DNA of 64,000 nt from Dehalococcoidia bacterium. Its GTDB lineage: Bacteria; Chloroflexota; Dehalococcoidia; UBA2979. Shown here piece after piece: positions 26,866 to 36,357 of this stretch (its first letter is position 1; every line of letters starts with the position of its first letter). The translations under genes and the position numbers were made by a program. The stretch is from NCBI GenBank assembly GCA_963667465.2, contig CAXXDN010000002.1:832001-896000 (forward strand), given 5' to 3'. Below the pieces are notes generated by a model. The model saw only the letters and a program-made list of their open reading frames with translations. It was not told where the DNA came from and searched no databases.

Positions 26866-28266
26866 CTACTCCGGGAGGATCTCGATCTGCGCCCGGTCGC
26901 CGACCACGGCGGCCCAGTTGACGGCGTCGTCGCTGTTGTCGAACCAGATGTCGCGCTGCTCGCCGTGGACGGCGCCGCCCGTGTCCTTGCAGGTGTACGT
27001 CAGGTCGAGTGGGTCGCCGATGATCCGGAAGCGTTGTCCGAAGTTTTCACGGGAGCAGGCGGCCGCGCCCTCGTGGACAGTCTCGCCGTTGGCCATTCGG
27101 CCGCAAAACCCGCCGCCGTCGCCGATGCCTGCCGCGATCTCCCCCTGGTTGCAGTAGAAGTACGTGATCCTCGCCTCGATGATCGCTCCCTCGGGTTCGG
27201 CGGTGGCAGTCGGCTCGGGCGTGGCAGTGGGCGTCGGTGTGGCGGTCGGCTGCGGCGTTGGTGTCGTCACCGCGCCGGCGCGCACCCAGACGATCGAGTC
27301 CTCCCGCAACTGACCGCGCGCGAGGGATTGCGCCCAGTCGGGGGCGCCCGGGCTGTAGATCAGCCACTCCTGCGACGGTACGTCCAGCATCGCGATCAGC
27401 TTCACCTCGAACGGTTGCGAGGCCGCGAGCACTTTCGGATCGTTCGTGCCCGACACGCCGATCGTGAACTTGCCCGCAGGCGGCGTGGGCAGCAGGTTCG
27501 CGACGCCTCGAGGGGCCTCGCCGGCGGGAGCGGCCGCCGGCTCGCCCAGGTCGCCGGGCTTGTCGCCCGTGCGTCGCAACAGCACGACGCTGTCCGGACC
27601 GAGGTCCGGCAGGCCGACCTCGTTCACGAAGTCGGGCGCGCCGACGAAGTACGAGTCGTAGTCCTGCGTGGCTACATCGAACATCCAGACGCTCTCGACA
27701 TCGAACGTTTGCGCGTCGATGAGTGTGGCGATGTCCGACGTGCCCGCGAGCCCCGGGGTCCAGCCGTCGGGGGGCGGGACGGCCAGGACGCCTGGCTCGC
27801 CCGGTGACGGCGTCGTGTCCGGTTCGTCCTCTTCGTCCGGTGGCGGCGTCGTGTCCGCTTCGTCCTCGTCGCTTGAGGCATCGGCGCAGGGATCGGCGTT
27901 ATCGTCGCTCGACCCGCCGAGGGGTTCGAGGTACTCGGCGGCCATCCAGCCGTTCAGGCCGTCGTGAGTGACGGCCTCCCAGCAATGCCCGTCTGCCAGG
28001 TGCTGCGCGCCGCGGGCGGTCACCACCGTGCCGTCGGCGACCTCGGCGAGGACGGCGGCGCTCCGCGACGGCATCGAGCGCATATTGAGACCGTCGCCGT
28101 CGGCGCTGACGACGGCCTGCTGGCCCTCGGCAAGCGGGCCAGCCGCGTGCGCGGGGTTCGCGCTGGTCGACGCGGACAGCAGGAAGGCGGCGACCAGCGC
28201 GAGGGGTACGAGGAGGCGCGAGAGGTAACGCGGTCGATGCGGGTGGACGCCCACGGCACCATCCAT
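26866..28266 (-). CDS. Secreted protein with SH3b domain, two tandem repeats and C-terminal 3D-like domain
   Basis: Signal peptide ending AHA; GLNMRS.PS...GWMAAEYL; PT linker; ITYF..G.MANG..AAC..DTGGAV...RDIWF. Confidence 0.75.
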   Translation of the reverse strand: MDGAVGVHPHRPRYLSRLLVPLALVAAFLLSASTSANPAHAAGPLAEGQQAVVSADGDGLNMRSMPSRSAAVLAEVADGTVVTARGAQHLADGHCWEAVTHDGLNGWMAAEYLEPLGGSSDDNADPCADASSDEDEADTTPPPDEEDEPDTTPSPGEPGVLAVPPPDGWTPGLAGTSDIATLIDAQTFDVESVWMFDVATQDYDSYFVGAPDFVNEVGLPDLGPDSVVLLRRTGDKPGDLGEPAAAPAGEAPRGVANLLPTPPAGKFTIGVSGTNDPKVLAASQPFEVKLIAMLDVPSQEWLIYSPGAPDWAQSLARGQLREDSIVWVRAGAVTTPTPQPTATPTPTATPEPTATAEPEGAIIEARITYFYCNQGEIAAGIGDGGGFCGRMANGETVHEGAAACSRENFGQRFRIIGDPLDLTYTCKDTGGAVHGEQRDIWFDNSDDAVNWAAVVGDRAQIEILPE

Positions 28267-28405
28267 CGCCGTGCGAACCCGCCCCCCTGCCGGCACGCAC
28301 GCTGCTCTGCCATATATGTTCTATCGCATACGCGTTATGCGCGAGGGTGCGCGGCGTCCGGCCCTCGCTGGCGACGAGGCGGCGCAGCGGCGAGAATGGC
28401 GCGCG

Positions 28406-29686
28406 ATGGCAACAGGGCCCTTCGACGGCATCCGCGTGCTCGAGTTCTGCCAGATCGTGGCCGGTCCGGTGATCGGCCAGTTCCTCGCCGACCTCGGCGC
28501 GGACGTCGTCAAGATCGAGTCGCTCGAGGGCGATCCGTTCCGCCGTACCGGTAGCGTGGCGCCGGGAACCAGCAAGGGCTTCCAGTGGTACAACCGCGGC
28601 AAGCGCAGCCTGATGCTCAAGCTCAGCGATCCGCGCGCCCAGGAGATCGTGCACCGCATGGTCCCCTCGTTCGACGTGGTCGTCGCGAATCCGCGGCCGG
28701 GTGTCCTCGAACGACAGCGGATCGACTACGAGACGCTCTCGGCGCTCCGTCCGGATCTGATCTACGCGCGCGTCACGGGCTTCGGGCCGGAGGGGCCGCT
28801 GGCCGATCAGGCCGCCTCGGACATCGTCGGCCAAGCCTACTCCGGGATGCTGGCCGACGAGGGCGCCGTGGACGAGTGGGGCGCGCCGCGGCGGATCCGA
28901 TCGCTGCCGATCTCCGACCTGATGGCGGGGCTCTCGGCGACGGTCGGCGTGGCGTCGGCGCTCTACCACCGCGCTCAGACCGGTGAGGGCCAGCTGATCG
29001 ACGCCTCGCTGCTACGCGGGGCGATGGCCGGCATCGGGCGTGCCGTGACGCAGGAGCCCGTCACCGACGCCGTGATCACCGGGCCGGCGCTGCAGCGGGT
29101 GCGCGACGCCCTCGAGGCCGGCGCAAGCTACGCCGAGGCGATCGAGGGCTACGGCCAGGGAGGCCTCGCGCCCACCGGCGTCGTCCGCCGCATCTATCAC
29201 ACCGCCTACGAGACCAGCGACGGCGCGATCGTCGTCGGTGCGCTGACGCGGGCCAACCGCGAGGCGATCCGCGAGGCGATCGGCTTCGAGTACGAGGGCG
29301 GCGACGAGCCCGACTTCGACCCCCTCGACGAAGAGACGCGCGAGCGCATGCTCGAGTTCAAGCGGCAGGTCGCCGAGATCGTACGCACACGCACGACGGC
29401 CGAGTGGGTCGAGGCGCTGCGCCGCACCGGCGCTCCCGCCGCGCCGCTGCGCTTCCCCGAGGATCTCGCCGACGATGTGCAGACCTCGGACTGGTTCGTG
29501 GAGCTCGACGATCCGCTGAGCGGGCCGCAGCGTCAGCTCGCCTCCTGGATCGAGATGTCGAAGACGCCGGCCCGCGCGCAGGGCCCCGCGCCCGCCCCCG
29601 GCGGTCACAGCGCCGAGCTGCTGCGCGAGTTCGGCTACGGCGACGGGGAGATTGCGGCGCTGCGCGATGACGGCGTGGTGAACTAG
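28406..29686 (+). CDS. Class III CoA-transferase (CaiB/BaiF), single domain
   Basis: GIRVLEF, LADLGADVVKIE, NRGKRS, GFGPEGP, ISDLMAG with Asp. Confidence 0.93.
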   Translation: MATGPFDGIRVLEFCQIVAGPVIGQFLADLGADVVKIESLEGDPFRRTGSVAPGTSKGFQWYNRGKRSLMLKLSDPRAQEIVHRMVPSFDVVVANPRPGVLERQRIDYETLSALRPDLIYARVTGFGPEGPLADQAASDIVGQAYSGMLADEGAVDEWGAPRRIRSLPISDLMAGLSATVGVASALYHRAQTGEGQLIDASLLRGAMAGIGRAVTQEPVTDAVITGPALQRVRDALEAGASYAEAIEGYGQGGLAPTGVVRRIYHTAYETSDGAIVVGALTRANREAIREAIGFEYEGGDEPDFDPLDEETRERMLEFKRQVAEIVRTRTTAEWVEALRRTGAPAAPLRFPEDLADDVQTSDWFVELDDPLSGPQRQLASWIEMSKTPARAQGPAPAPGGHSAELLREFGYGDGEIAALRDDGVVN

Positions 29687-29734
29687 CGCATATCATCGTG
29701 CCGGCGCGCAACCACGCGCCAACGGAGACGTGCC

Positions 29735-30592
29735 ATGGAAGACTTCCGGGACCGCGTGGCCGTGATCACGGGCGGCGCCTCGGGCATCGGGCGCGCGCTT
29801 GGCCTCGCGCTTGCGGATGCCGGTGCGCACATCGTGGTCGCGGACATCGATGCCTCGCTCGCAGAGCAGACCGCCGGAGAGATCGCCGCGCGAGGCGTCC
29901 GCAGCCTCGCCGTCGAGGCCGACGTGGCCGAGCGGGACTCCGTCGAGGCGCTCGCGGAGCGAGCCTTCGAGGAGTTTGGCGCGGTCCACCTGCTGTTCAA
30001 CAACGCCGGCGTGGCGCTGCACGGCTCACTCGCGGAGATGAGCGAGCAGGACTGGCAATGGGTGCTCTCGGTCAACCTCTGGGGCCAGCTGCACGGCGTG
30101 GGTGTGTTCCTCCCGAGGATCCGCGAGCAGCTGGCGCGCGATGGCGGTGACGCGCACATCGTCAACACCGCCTCGCTGAACGGCGTTGTCGCGCGCGACA
30201 ACGCGCACGGCGTCTACACCGCGAGCAAGTACGCCGTCGTCGGATACAGCTTCGTGTTGCGCGAGGAGCTGGCCGCCGAAGGCATCGGCGTCTCGGTGCT
30301 CTGCCCGAGCATGATGGCGACCGGGCTGATGACGGCCGGGCGCAACCGGCAGCAGCGCTATGGCGGGCCGCTCACCCAGCCGCCGATGCCGATCCCGCCG
30401 CGGCGCGAGCCCGCCGACCCGGCAATCATGGCCCCGCGCATCCTCGACGGCGTGCGCGAGAACCGGCGCTTCATCTTCACCCACCCCGACACCCGCCCTG
30501 TCGTCGAGGAGTACCAGGCAGAGCTGATCGCCGACTACGACGCGCTCGACCGCGCTCTGGCGGCTGCCGGGGAAGGCGTGGCGGCATCGTGA
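29735..30592 (+). CDS. SDR family oxidoreductase
   Basis: TGGASGIG, NNAG, YTASK. Confidence 0.92.
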   Translation: MEDFRDRVAVITGGASGIGRALGLALADAGAHIVVADIDASLAEQTAGEIAARGVRSLAVEADVAERDSVEALAERAFEEFGAVHLLFNNAGVALHGSLAEMSEQDWQWVLSVNLWGQLHGVGVFLPRIREQLARDGGDAHIVNTASLNGVVARDNAHGVYTASKYAVVGYSFVLREELAAEGIGVSVLCPSMMATGLMTAGRNRQQRYGGPLTQPPMPIPPRREPADPAIMAPRILDGVRENRRFIFTHPDTRPVVEEYQAELIADYDALDRALAAAGEGVAAS

Positions 30593-33081
30593 CCAACGGG
30601 ATGGGCAATGGCGCCATGCGCGGCCCTTGCGACGACATCCGCGTGATCGATCTCAGCAGCGGCCCCGTCGGCGGCATCGCGACGATGATGCTCGCCGACT
30701 ACGGCGCCGACGTGATCAAGGTCGAGCGGCCGGGCGGCGATCCGTTCCGGCGGCTCACCGCCGCGCCGGTGTGGCTGCGCGGCAAGCGCTCGATCACGCT
30801 CGAGATCGGCGACGAGGTATCGCGCGAGCGCCTGCGCGGGCTGGCAGCGGGCGCGGACGTGGTGGTCGCCTCCTTCCGCCCCGGTCGCGCCGAGGCGCTG
30901 GGCGCGGACTACGCGACGCTCAGCGAGGGCAACCCGGGCCTCGTCTACTGCTCGATCACGGGCTTCGGTCCGCGCGGCCCCTACGCCGGCTACCCCGGCT
31001 ACGAGGGCGTGGTCGCGGCGAAGTCCGGGCGGATGCAGCACTTTGGCGGCGTGCCGAGACGTGAGGGTCCGGCCTTCGCCGCCGTGCAGACGGGGACGCA
31101 CGCGGCGGCGCAGTCCGCACTGACGGGCATCCTCGGGGCGCTGTTGGTACGCGACCAGAGCGGGTGCGGACAGCTGATCGAGACCAGCCTGTTGCAGGGC
31201 CTGATGGGCTACGACATGAACAGTCTGGTCCGTACGCAGCTCGAGCGGACCTTCCCGGCGCAGATGGAGGGCAACCAGCTCGGCGCCTACGGGGCTGCGC
31301 CGCCGATCTACTACCAGCCCGTGATGGCGAAAGACGGGACCTGGATCCAGCCGGCCAACCTCATCGACCACCTCTTCCACGCCTTCATCGCGACGATCGG
31401 CCTGGAGGACATCTACCTCGAGGAGCGCTTCCACGGCGCGCCGCGCCAGCTCGCCGAGGCGGATCGCGAGGAGCTGCGCGAGCGCATGCTGCTGCGAGTG
31501 CGGGAGCGCACGAGCGACGAGTGGATGGAGCTCTTCCGCAACGCCCAGAACGTCGCCGCCGAGCCGTTCGGCAAGACCCTTGGCGCGCTCTCGAACCCCG
31601 ACCTCGTCGCCAACGCCGAGGTCGTCGAGGTCGAACACCCGCGGCTCGGGCCCGTCCGTCAGCTCGGCCTCGTCGCTAACCTGACAGAGACGCCGGGAAC
31701 CGTCGGCGCCCCGGCGGCCGAGCCCGGCGCGCAGACCAGCGAGGTGCTCGCCGAGCCCGCGCGCGCCGCGTGGACCCCGCCCGAGGGAGCGCGCGCGAAG
31801 CCCGCGCACACCCTCGAGGGCGTCACTGTGCTCGAGTTCGCGACGGTGATCGCGGCGCCGCTCGGCGCCGCGCTGCTCGCCGACCTCGGGGCACGCGTGA
31901 TCAAGGTCGAGCCGATCGGCGGCGAACCGTTCCGGGGCAACACCCCCGGTCTGCCCGGTCACGTCGGCGTCGCGAAGACGACCGCCGGCAAGGAGGGGCT
32001 CTGCCTGGACCTCAAGTCTGAGGACGGCCAGGCGATCGTCGCGAAGCTGATCGAGGGCGCCGACGTGCTGATCCACAACTACCGCCCTGGCGTCCCCGAG
32101 CGACTCGGGATTGGCTACGAGCTGGCGAACGCGCTCAACCCCGGCATCGTGCACGTCTCCGTCAACGGCTACGGGCCGCACGGTCCCAGCGCCGAACGTC
32201 CCTCGGCGCATCCCGTGCCCGGGGCGGTGGTCGGCGGCGCGCTACAGCAGGCGGGCTCGGGGATGCCGCCCGCGCACTGCGAGGACATCGACGAGCTTCG
32301 CGAGGCGGCCCGCTGGCTGTTTCGCTCCAACGAGGCCAACCCTGACCCGAACACCTCGATGGTGGTGGCGTCGGCGGCACTGCTCGGGCTCTACGCACGG
32401 CGGCGCACGGGCCGCGGGCAGCAGATCTTCGTCAGCATGCTCGGTGCGAACGCCTACGCCAACGCCGACGCCTTCGTCGACTACGCGGGCGCGCGGCCGC
32501 GCCAACCGCTGGATGCCGGGTTGCACGGCCCCGGCCCGCTCTACCGCCTCTACGAGGCGCGAACGGGCTGGGTCTTCCTCGCCGCCACCACCGACGAGGA
32601 GTGGGCGCGGCTTTGCGGCGTCCTCGATGGCGCCGGGGGCTCGCTGGCGGCGGATCCGCGCTTCGCCTCGGCCGCGGCGCGTGAGGAGAATGCGGACGCG
32701 CTGGCCGACGTGCTCGCCACGTGCTTCGCGGAGCGCGGCGCCGACGACTGGGAGGACGCGCTGATCGCCGTGGATGTGGGCTGCGTGCGGGCGGACAGCT
32801 GCGGCCCGGGAGAGTTCTTCCTCGACGACCCGCACATGAGCGAGAACGGCTTCACCACCACGGCGGACCACGCCGTCTGGGGCGAGTACCAGCGCTGGGG
32901 GCCGCTCGTCTCCTGCACGGAGACGCCCGGCCGCTACGGCCCGGGCGTCCTCGCCGGACAGCACACAGACGAGATCCTCGAAGAACTCGGCTACGGCGCT
33001 CAGGAGATCGCGGACCTGCGCGAGCGCGGCATCGCCTGGTCCGCCGACGTGGCGCCGATCGAGACGCTGCTGCCGGACTAG
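30589..33081 (+). CDS. Tandem two-domain class III CoA-transferase
   Basis: Two LAD.GA.VIKVE repeats with RGKRS / GKEG and NYRPGV motifs. Confidence 0.92.
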   Translation: MTNGMGNGAMRGPCDDIRVIDLSSGPVGGIATMMLADYGADVIKVERPGGDPFRRLTAAPVWLRGKRSITLEIGDEVSRERLRGLAAGADVVVASFRPGRAEALGADYATLSEGNPGLVYCSITGFGPRGPYAGYPGYEGVVAAKSGRMQHFGGVPRREGPAFAAVQTGTHAAAQSALTGILGALLVRDQSGCGQLIETSLLQGLMGYDMNSLVRTQLERTFPAQMEGNQLGAYGAAPPIYYQPVMAKDGTWIQPANLIDHLFHAFIATIGLEDIYLEERFHGAPRQLAEADREELRERMLLRVRERTSDEWMELFRNAQNVAAEPFGKTLGALSNPDLVANAEVVEVEHPRLGPVRQLGLVANLTETPGTVGAPAAEPGAQTSEVLAEPARAAWTPPEGARAKPAHTLEGVTVLEFATVIAAPLGAALLADLGARVIKVEPIGGEPFRGNTPGLPGHVGVAKTTAGKEGLCLDLKSEDGQAIVAKLIEGADVLIHNYRPGVPERLGIGYELANALNPGIVHVSVNGYGPHGPSAERPSAHPVPGAVVGGALQQAGSGMPPAHCEDIDELREAARWLFRSNEANPDPNTSMVVASAALLGLYARRRTGRGQQIFVSMLGANAYANADAFVDYAGARPRQPLDAGLHGPGPLYRLYEARTGWVFLAATTDEEWARLCGVLDGAGGSLAADPRFASAAAREENADALADVLATCFAERGADDWEDALIAVDVGCVRADSCGPGEFFLDDPHMSENGFTTTADHAVWGEYQRWGPLVSCTETPGRYGPGVLAGQHTDEILEELGYGAQEIADLRERGIAWSADVAPIETLLPD

Positions 33082-33123
33082 GCTTCGCCGGAGATTGCCG
33101 CAACGCGGCGGGAGGAGCGATCG

Positions 33124-33924
33124 ATGACGGACTGGGGACCGTTCAGCCTCAACGGCAGGAACGCGATCGTGACCGGCGGGGCGCGCGGCATCGGCCGCGG
33201 CATCGTCGAGCGCTTCCTCGAGGCCGGCGCGAACGTGCTGATCGCCGACATCGACGGCGACTGGGCGGAGCGCACGGCGGGCGAGCTCGCCACCGGGGGC
33301 CCGGGTAGCGGCAAGGTCGTCGCGATGCGGCTGGACGTGACGGAGGACGCCGCCGGTGAGGAGCTCGCGAGCCGCGCTGTCGCCGAACTGGGCTCAATCG
33401 ACATCCTCGTCAACAACGCCGGGGTCTTTCCGGTGGCGCCGATGCTGGAGATGCCGCACGAGCAGTTCGACCTGATCTACCAGGTGAACTCGCGCGGGTT
33501 GGCCTACTGCTCGCAGGGTGTGGGGCGGCGGATGGTCGAGCAGGGCACCGGCGGGGCGATCATCAACCTCGCCTCGGTCGACGGGTTCCGGCCTTCGTTC
33601 GTCGGCCTCGCCGCGTACAACATGGCGAAGGGCGGCGTCGTGATGTTCACGAAGGCGCTCGCGCTCGAACTCGCGCCGCATCGGATCCGCGTCAACGCGA
33701 TCGCGCCCGGGGGCATCAGCACCGAGGGCACGGCCGAGTTGCGGGAGGGTCTGAGCGAGGCCGACAAGGACCGCATGGCTGCGGGACCGACGCGCACGAT
33801 CCCGCTCGGCAGCCGGTCCGGTCCGGACGAGATCGCGAAGGCCGCAGTCTTCCTCGCCTCGGACGGATCGAGCTTCGTGACCGGGGAGACGCTCGTCGTC
33901 GACGGCGGCTTCCTGCTCGGCTGA
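33124..33924 (+). CDS. SDR family oxidoreductase
   Basis: TGGARGIG, NNAG, YNMAK, VDGG. Confidence 0.92.
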   Translation: MTDWGPFSLNGRNAIVTGGARGIGRGIVERFLEAGANVLIADIDGDWAERTAGELATGGPGSGKVVAMRLDVTEDAAGEELASRAVAELGSIDILVNNAGVFPVAPMLEMPHEQFDLIYQVNSRGLAYCSQGVGRRMVEQGTGGAIINLASVDGFRPSFVGLAAYNMAKGGVVMFTKALALELAPHRIRVNAIAPGGISTEGTAELREGLSEADKDRMAAGPTRTIPLGSRSGPDEIAKAAVFLASDGSSFVTGETLVVDGGFLLG

Positions 33925-33988
33925 TCACAAGGCGGGCAGCGGCTAGGCTCGGCTGGCTGACGGCGCCCGCGACTGAGAGGGACCGACA

Positions 33989-35293
33989 ATGAGATTCGGC
34001 ACGCTGCTGGAACTGCAATACCCGCGACCATGGCCCGAGGACGGCGAGCGCCAGTTCTTCCAGAACGTCCTCGAACAGGTCGAACTGACCGACCAGCTCG
34101 GCTACCACTCCGTGTGGGAGGTGGAGCACCACTTCCTCGAGGAGTACGCGCACTCCTCGTCTCCCGAGGTCTTCCTCGCAGCGATCTCGCAGCGCACCAG
34201 GAACCTGCGGCTCGGGCACGGCATCGTGCTGATGCCGCCCGGCTACAACCAGACGGCGCGTGTCGCCGAGCGCATCGCGACGCTCGACCTCGTCTCAAAC
34301 GGTCGCGTCGAGTTCGGGACGGGCGAGTCCTCCTCGCGCGCGGAGCTCGAGGGTTACGGCGTGCCGCTCGAGGAGAAGCGGCAGCAGTGGCTGGAGTGCA
34401 CCGAGCAGGTCGCGAACATGCTTGCGCTGGACCCCTACCCCGGCTACGAGGGCCGCTACCTCTCCATGCCGACGCGCAACGTGGTGCCGAAGACCGTCCA
34501 GAAGCCGCACCCGCCGATGTGGATGGCCTGCTCCAACCACGAGCAGATCAAGCTCGCGGCGCACCTCGGACTGGGCGCGCTCGGTTTCGCGCTCGTCGAC
34601 GCGAAGACGGCGAAGGGCTGGATCGACGAGTACTACGAGATCATCAAGACCGAGTGCGTGCCGATCGGACACACGGTCAACGCGAACATCGCGCTGACCT
34701 CGCCGCTCTCGCTGGACGCGGACGAGGAGGCGGCGCGCGAGCGCGGCTTCAAGGGCCGCTACTTCTTCACCTTCGCCAGCAACCACCACTACGTGGACGG
34801 GATCCACAAGCCCGGCCGCACCGACATCTGGGAGCAGTACGAGCAGGCCTGGCCGATCCTCCGCCAGTCGTTCGAGGGCTACGGCGCGCCCAGCACCGTC
34901 GGCACGCCCGACCAGGCGCGCAAGATGATGCAGATCTACGAGGACATGGGCTGCGACGAGGTCCTGTTCATGGCGCAGATGGGCAAGATCGCCCACGAGG
35001 ACATCTGCGCGTCGCTGCGCATCTTCGCCGACGAGGTCATGCCCGAGTTCCAGGAGCGCGAGGTAGAGAAGCAGCAGCGCAAGGAAGAAGAGCTCGCCCC
35101 GTACATCGAGGCCGCCCTCGCCCGCAAGGAGTGGATGCAGCCGCTCGCCGACGACGACATCCCGACCTACGAGGCGTACAAGCGCCACGTCGCCCGGGCC
35201 GGCGAGGCCGAGGCCGGCGAGGTGGACGAGGACCACTGGGTCGCCGCCATCGACCGCCTGATGCGGCGCTCCGGCGCAAAGCCGAACGTCTAG
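33989..35293 (+). CDS. LLM class (luciferase-like) flavin-dependent oxidoreductase
   Basis: WEVEHHF, RLGHGI, AERIATLDLVSNGRVEFG, PK.VQKPHPP. Confidence 0.92.
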   Translation: MRFGTLLELQYPRPWPEDGERQFFQNVLEQVELTDQLGYHSVWEVEHHFLEEYAHSSSPEVFLAAISQRTRNLRLGHGIVLMPPGYNQTARVAERIATLDLVSNGRVEFGTGESSSRAELEGYGVPLEEKRQQWLECTEQVANMLALDPYPGYEGRYLSMPTRNVVPKTVQKPHPPMWMACSNHEQIKLAAHLGLGALGFALVDAKTAKGWIDEYYEIIKTECVPIGHTVNANIALTSPLSLDADEEAARERGFKGRYFFTFASNHHYVDGIHKPGRTDIWEQYEQAWPILRQSFEGYGAPSTVGTPDQARKMMQIYEDMGCDEVLFMAQMGKIAHEDICASLRIFADEVMPEFQEREVEKQQRKEEELAPYIEAALARKEWMQPLADDDIPTYEAYKRHVARAGEAEAGEVDEDHWVAAIDRLMRRSGAKPNV

Positions 35294-35294
35294 G

Positions 35295-36330
35295 TGTAGT
35301 TCCCACGTAGGTTGTTGCAGGTGAGGGGCCCCGCCTGCTGCTGTGTGTGTGTCTGAAGAACGCACCAGTAGCAGGAGAGGAGCCTCTCGTGGCACATCCT
35401 AACGCGCGTCTGACTCCGGCCACCCGGCTGGAGATGGTTCTGGAGGTCGAGGCCCGCTGGTCGCAGGCGGAGGTTGCGCGGCGCTTCCGGGTTTCTCGTG
35501 CGACGGTCGGCAAGTGGTGGCGCCGCTACCACGAGGAGGGCGCGGCCGGACTCGAGGACCGCACCTCCGCTCCGCGCTCGAATCCGCGCCGCACCTCGCC
35601 GCAGCTGGAGTCCCGCATCTGCGCGGTGCGCCGCAGCCAGGGGTTCGGGCCGCACCGCATCGCCTGGGCGCTCGGGATCGCCCGCTCCACCGCCTACGCC
35701 GTGCTCCGCCGCTTCGGTCTCAACCGTCTCGACCGCCTGCACCGCGTGAGCAGGCAGAAGCTGCGCTACGAGCACCCCGCCCCCGGCGACCTGCTGCACA
35801 TCGACGTGAAAAAGCTGGGCCGCATCCCCGATGGCGGCGGACACCGCGTCCGTGGCCGCTCCGCGGCGACCCCGCGCACGCGCGGCCTCGACTACCTCCA
35901 CGTCGCCGTCGACGACCACAGCCGCTACGCCTACGTCGCCGTGCTGCCCGACGAGCGCGGCGCGAGCTGCGCCGCCTTCCTCAAGCAGGCGCTCGCCGCG
36001 TTCGGCCGCCGCGGCGTGCGCGTGCGCGGCGTGCTCACCGACAACGCGCAGGCGTACACCGTCTCCGGCGACTTCCGCGGCGTGGCCGCCGCCGCAGGAG
36101 TGGAACTGCGTCACACCCGGCCCTACCGCCCGCAAACGAACGGGAAGGCCGAGCGCTTCATCCAGATCCTGCAGAACGAGTGGGCCTACGCCCGCCCCTA
36201 CCGCTCCAACGCCGAGCGGTTGCACCAGCTCCCGCGCTGGCTCTACCGCTACAATGCTCGCCGGCCACACGGCGGCATCGGCGGGGCTGTCCCCGCCTCA
36301 CGCCTGTAAACAACGCTCGTGGGAAGAACA
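35295..36330 (+). mobile_element. IS481-family insertion sequence, copy 2
   Basis: TGT...ACA ends; TCTAGG duplication at 35289-35294 and 36331-36336. Confidence 0.95.
35389..36309 (+). CDS. IS481-family DDE transposase
   Basis: Same motifs as copy 1; three visible aa differences (S/R, E/D, K/Q). Confidence 0.95.
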   Translation: MAHPNARLTPATRLEMVLEVEARWSQAEVARRFRVSRATVGKWWRRYHEEGAAGLEDRTSAPRSNPRRTSPQLESRICAVRRSQGFGPHRIAWALGIARSTAYAVLRRFGLNRLDRLHRVSRQKLRYEHPAPGDLLHIDVKKLGRIPDGGGHRVRGRSAATPRTRGLDYLHVAVDDHSRYAYVAVLPDERGASCAAFLKQALAAFGRRGVRVRGVLTDNAQAYTVSGDFRGVAAAAGVELRHTRPYRPQTNGKAERFIQILQNEWAYARPYRSNAERLHQLPRWLYRYNARRPHGGIGGAVPASRL

Positions 36331-36357
36331 TCTAGGCGGGCGAACCGGGAGGATCCG

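Noticed and set aside
28308-28341. AT-rich patch with GAACATATATGG (minus strand) resembling a LexA box, and dyad CGCATA-N5-TATGCG
   Set aside because: Only one half of GAAC-N4-GTTC matches and flanking genes are not SOS genes; more likely just a divergent promoter
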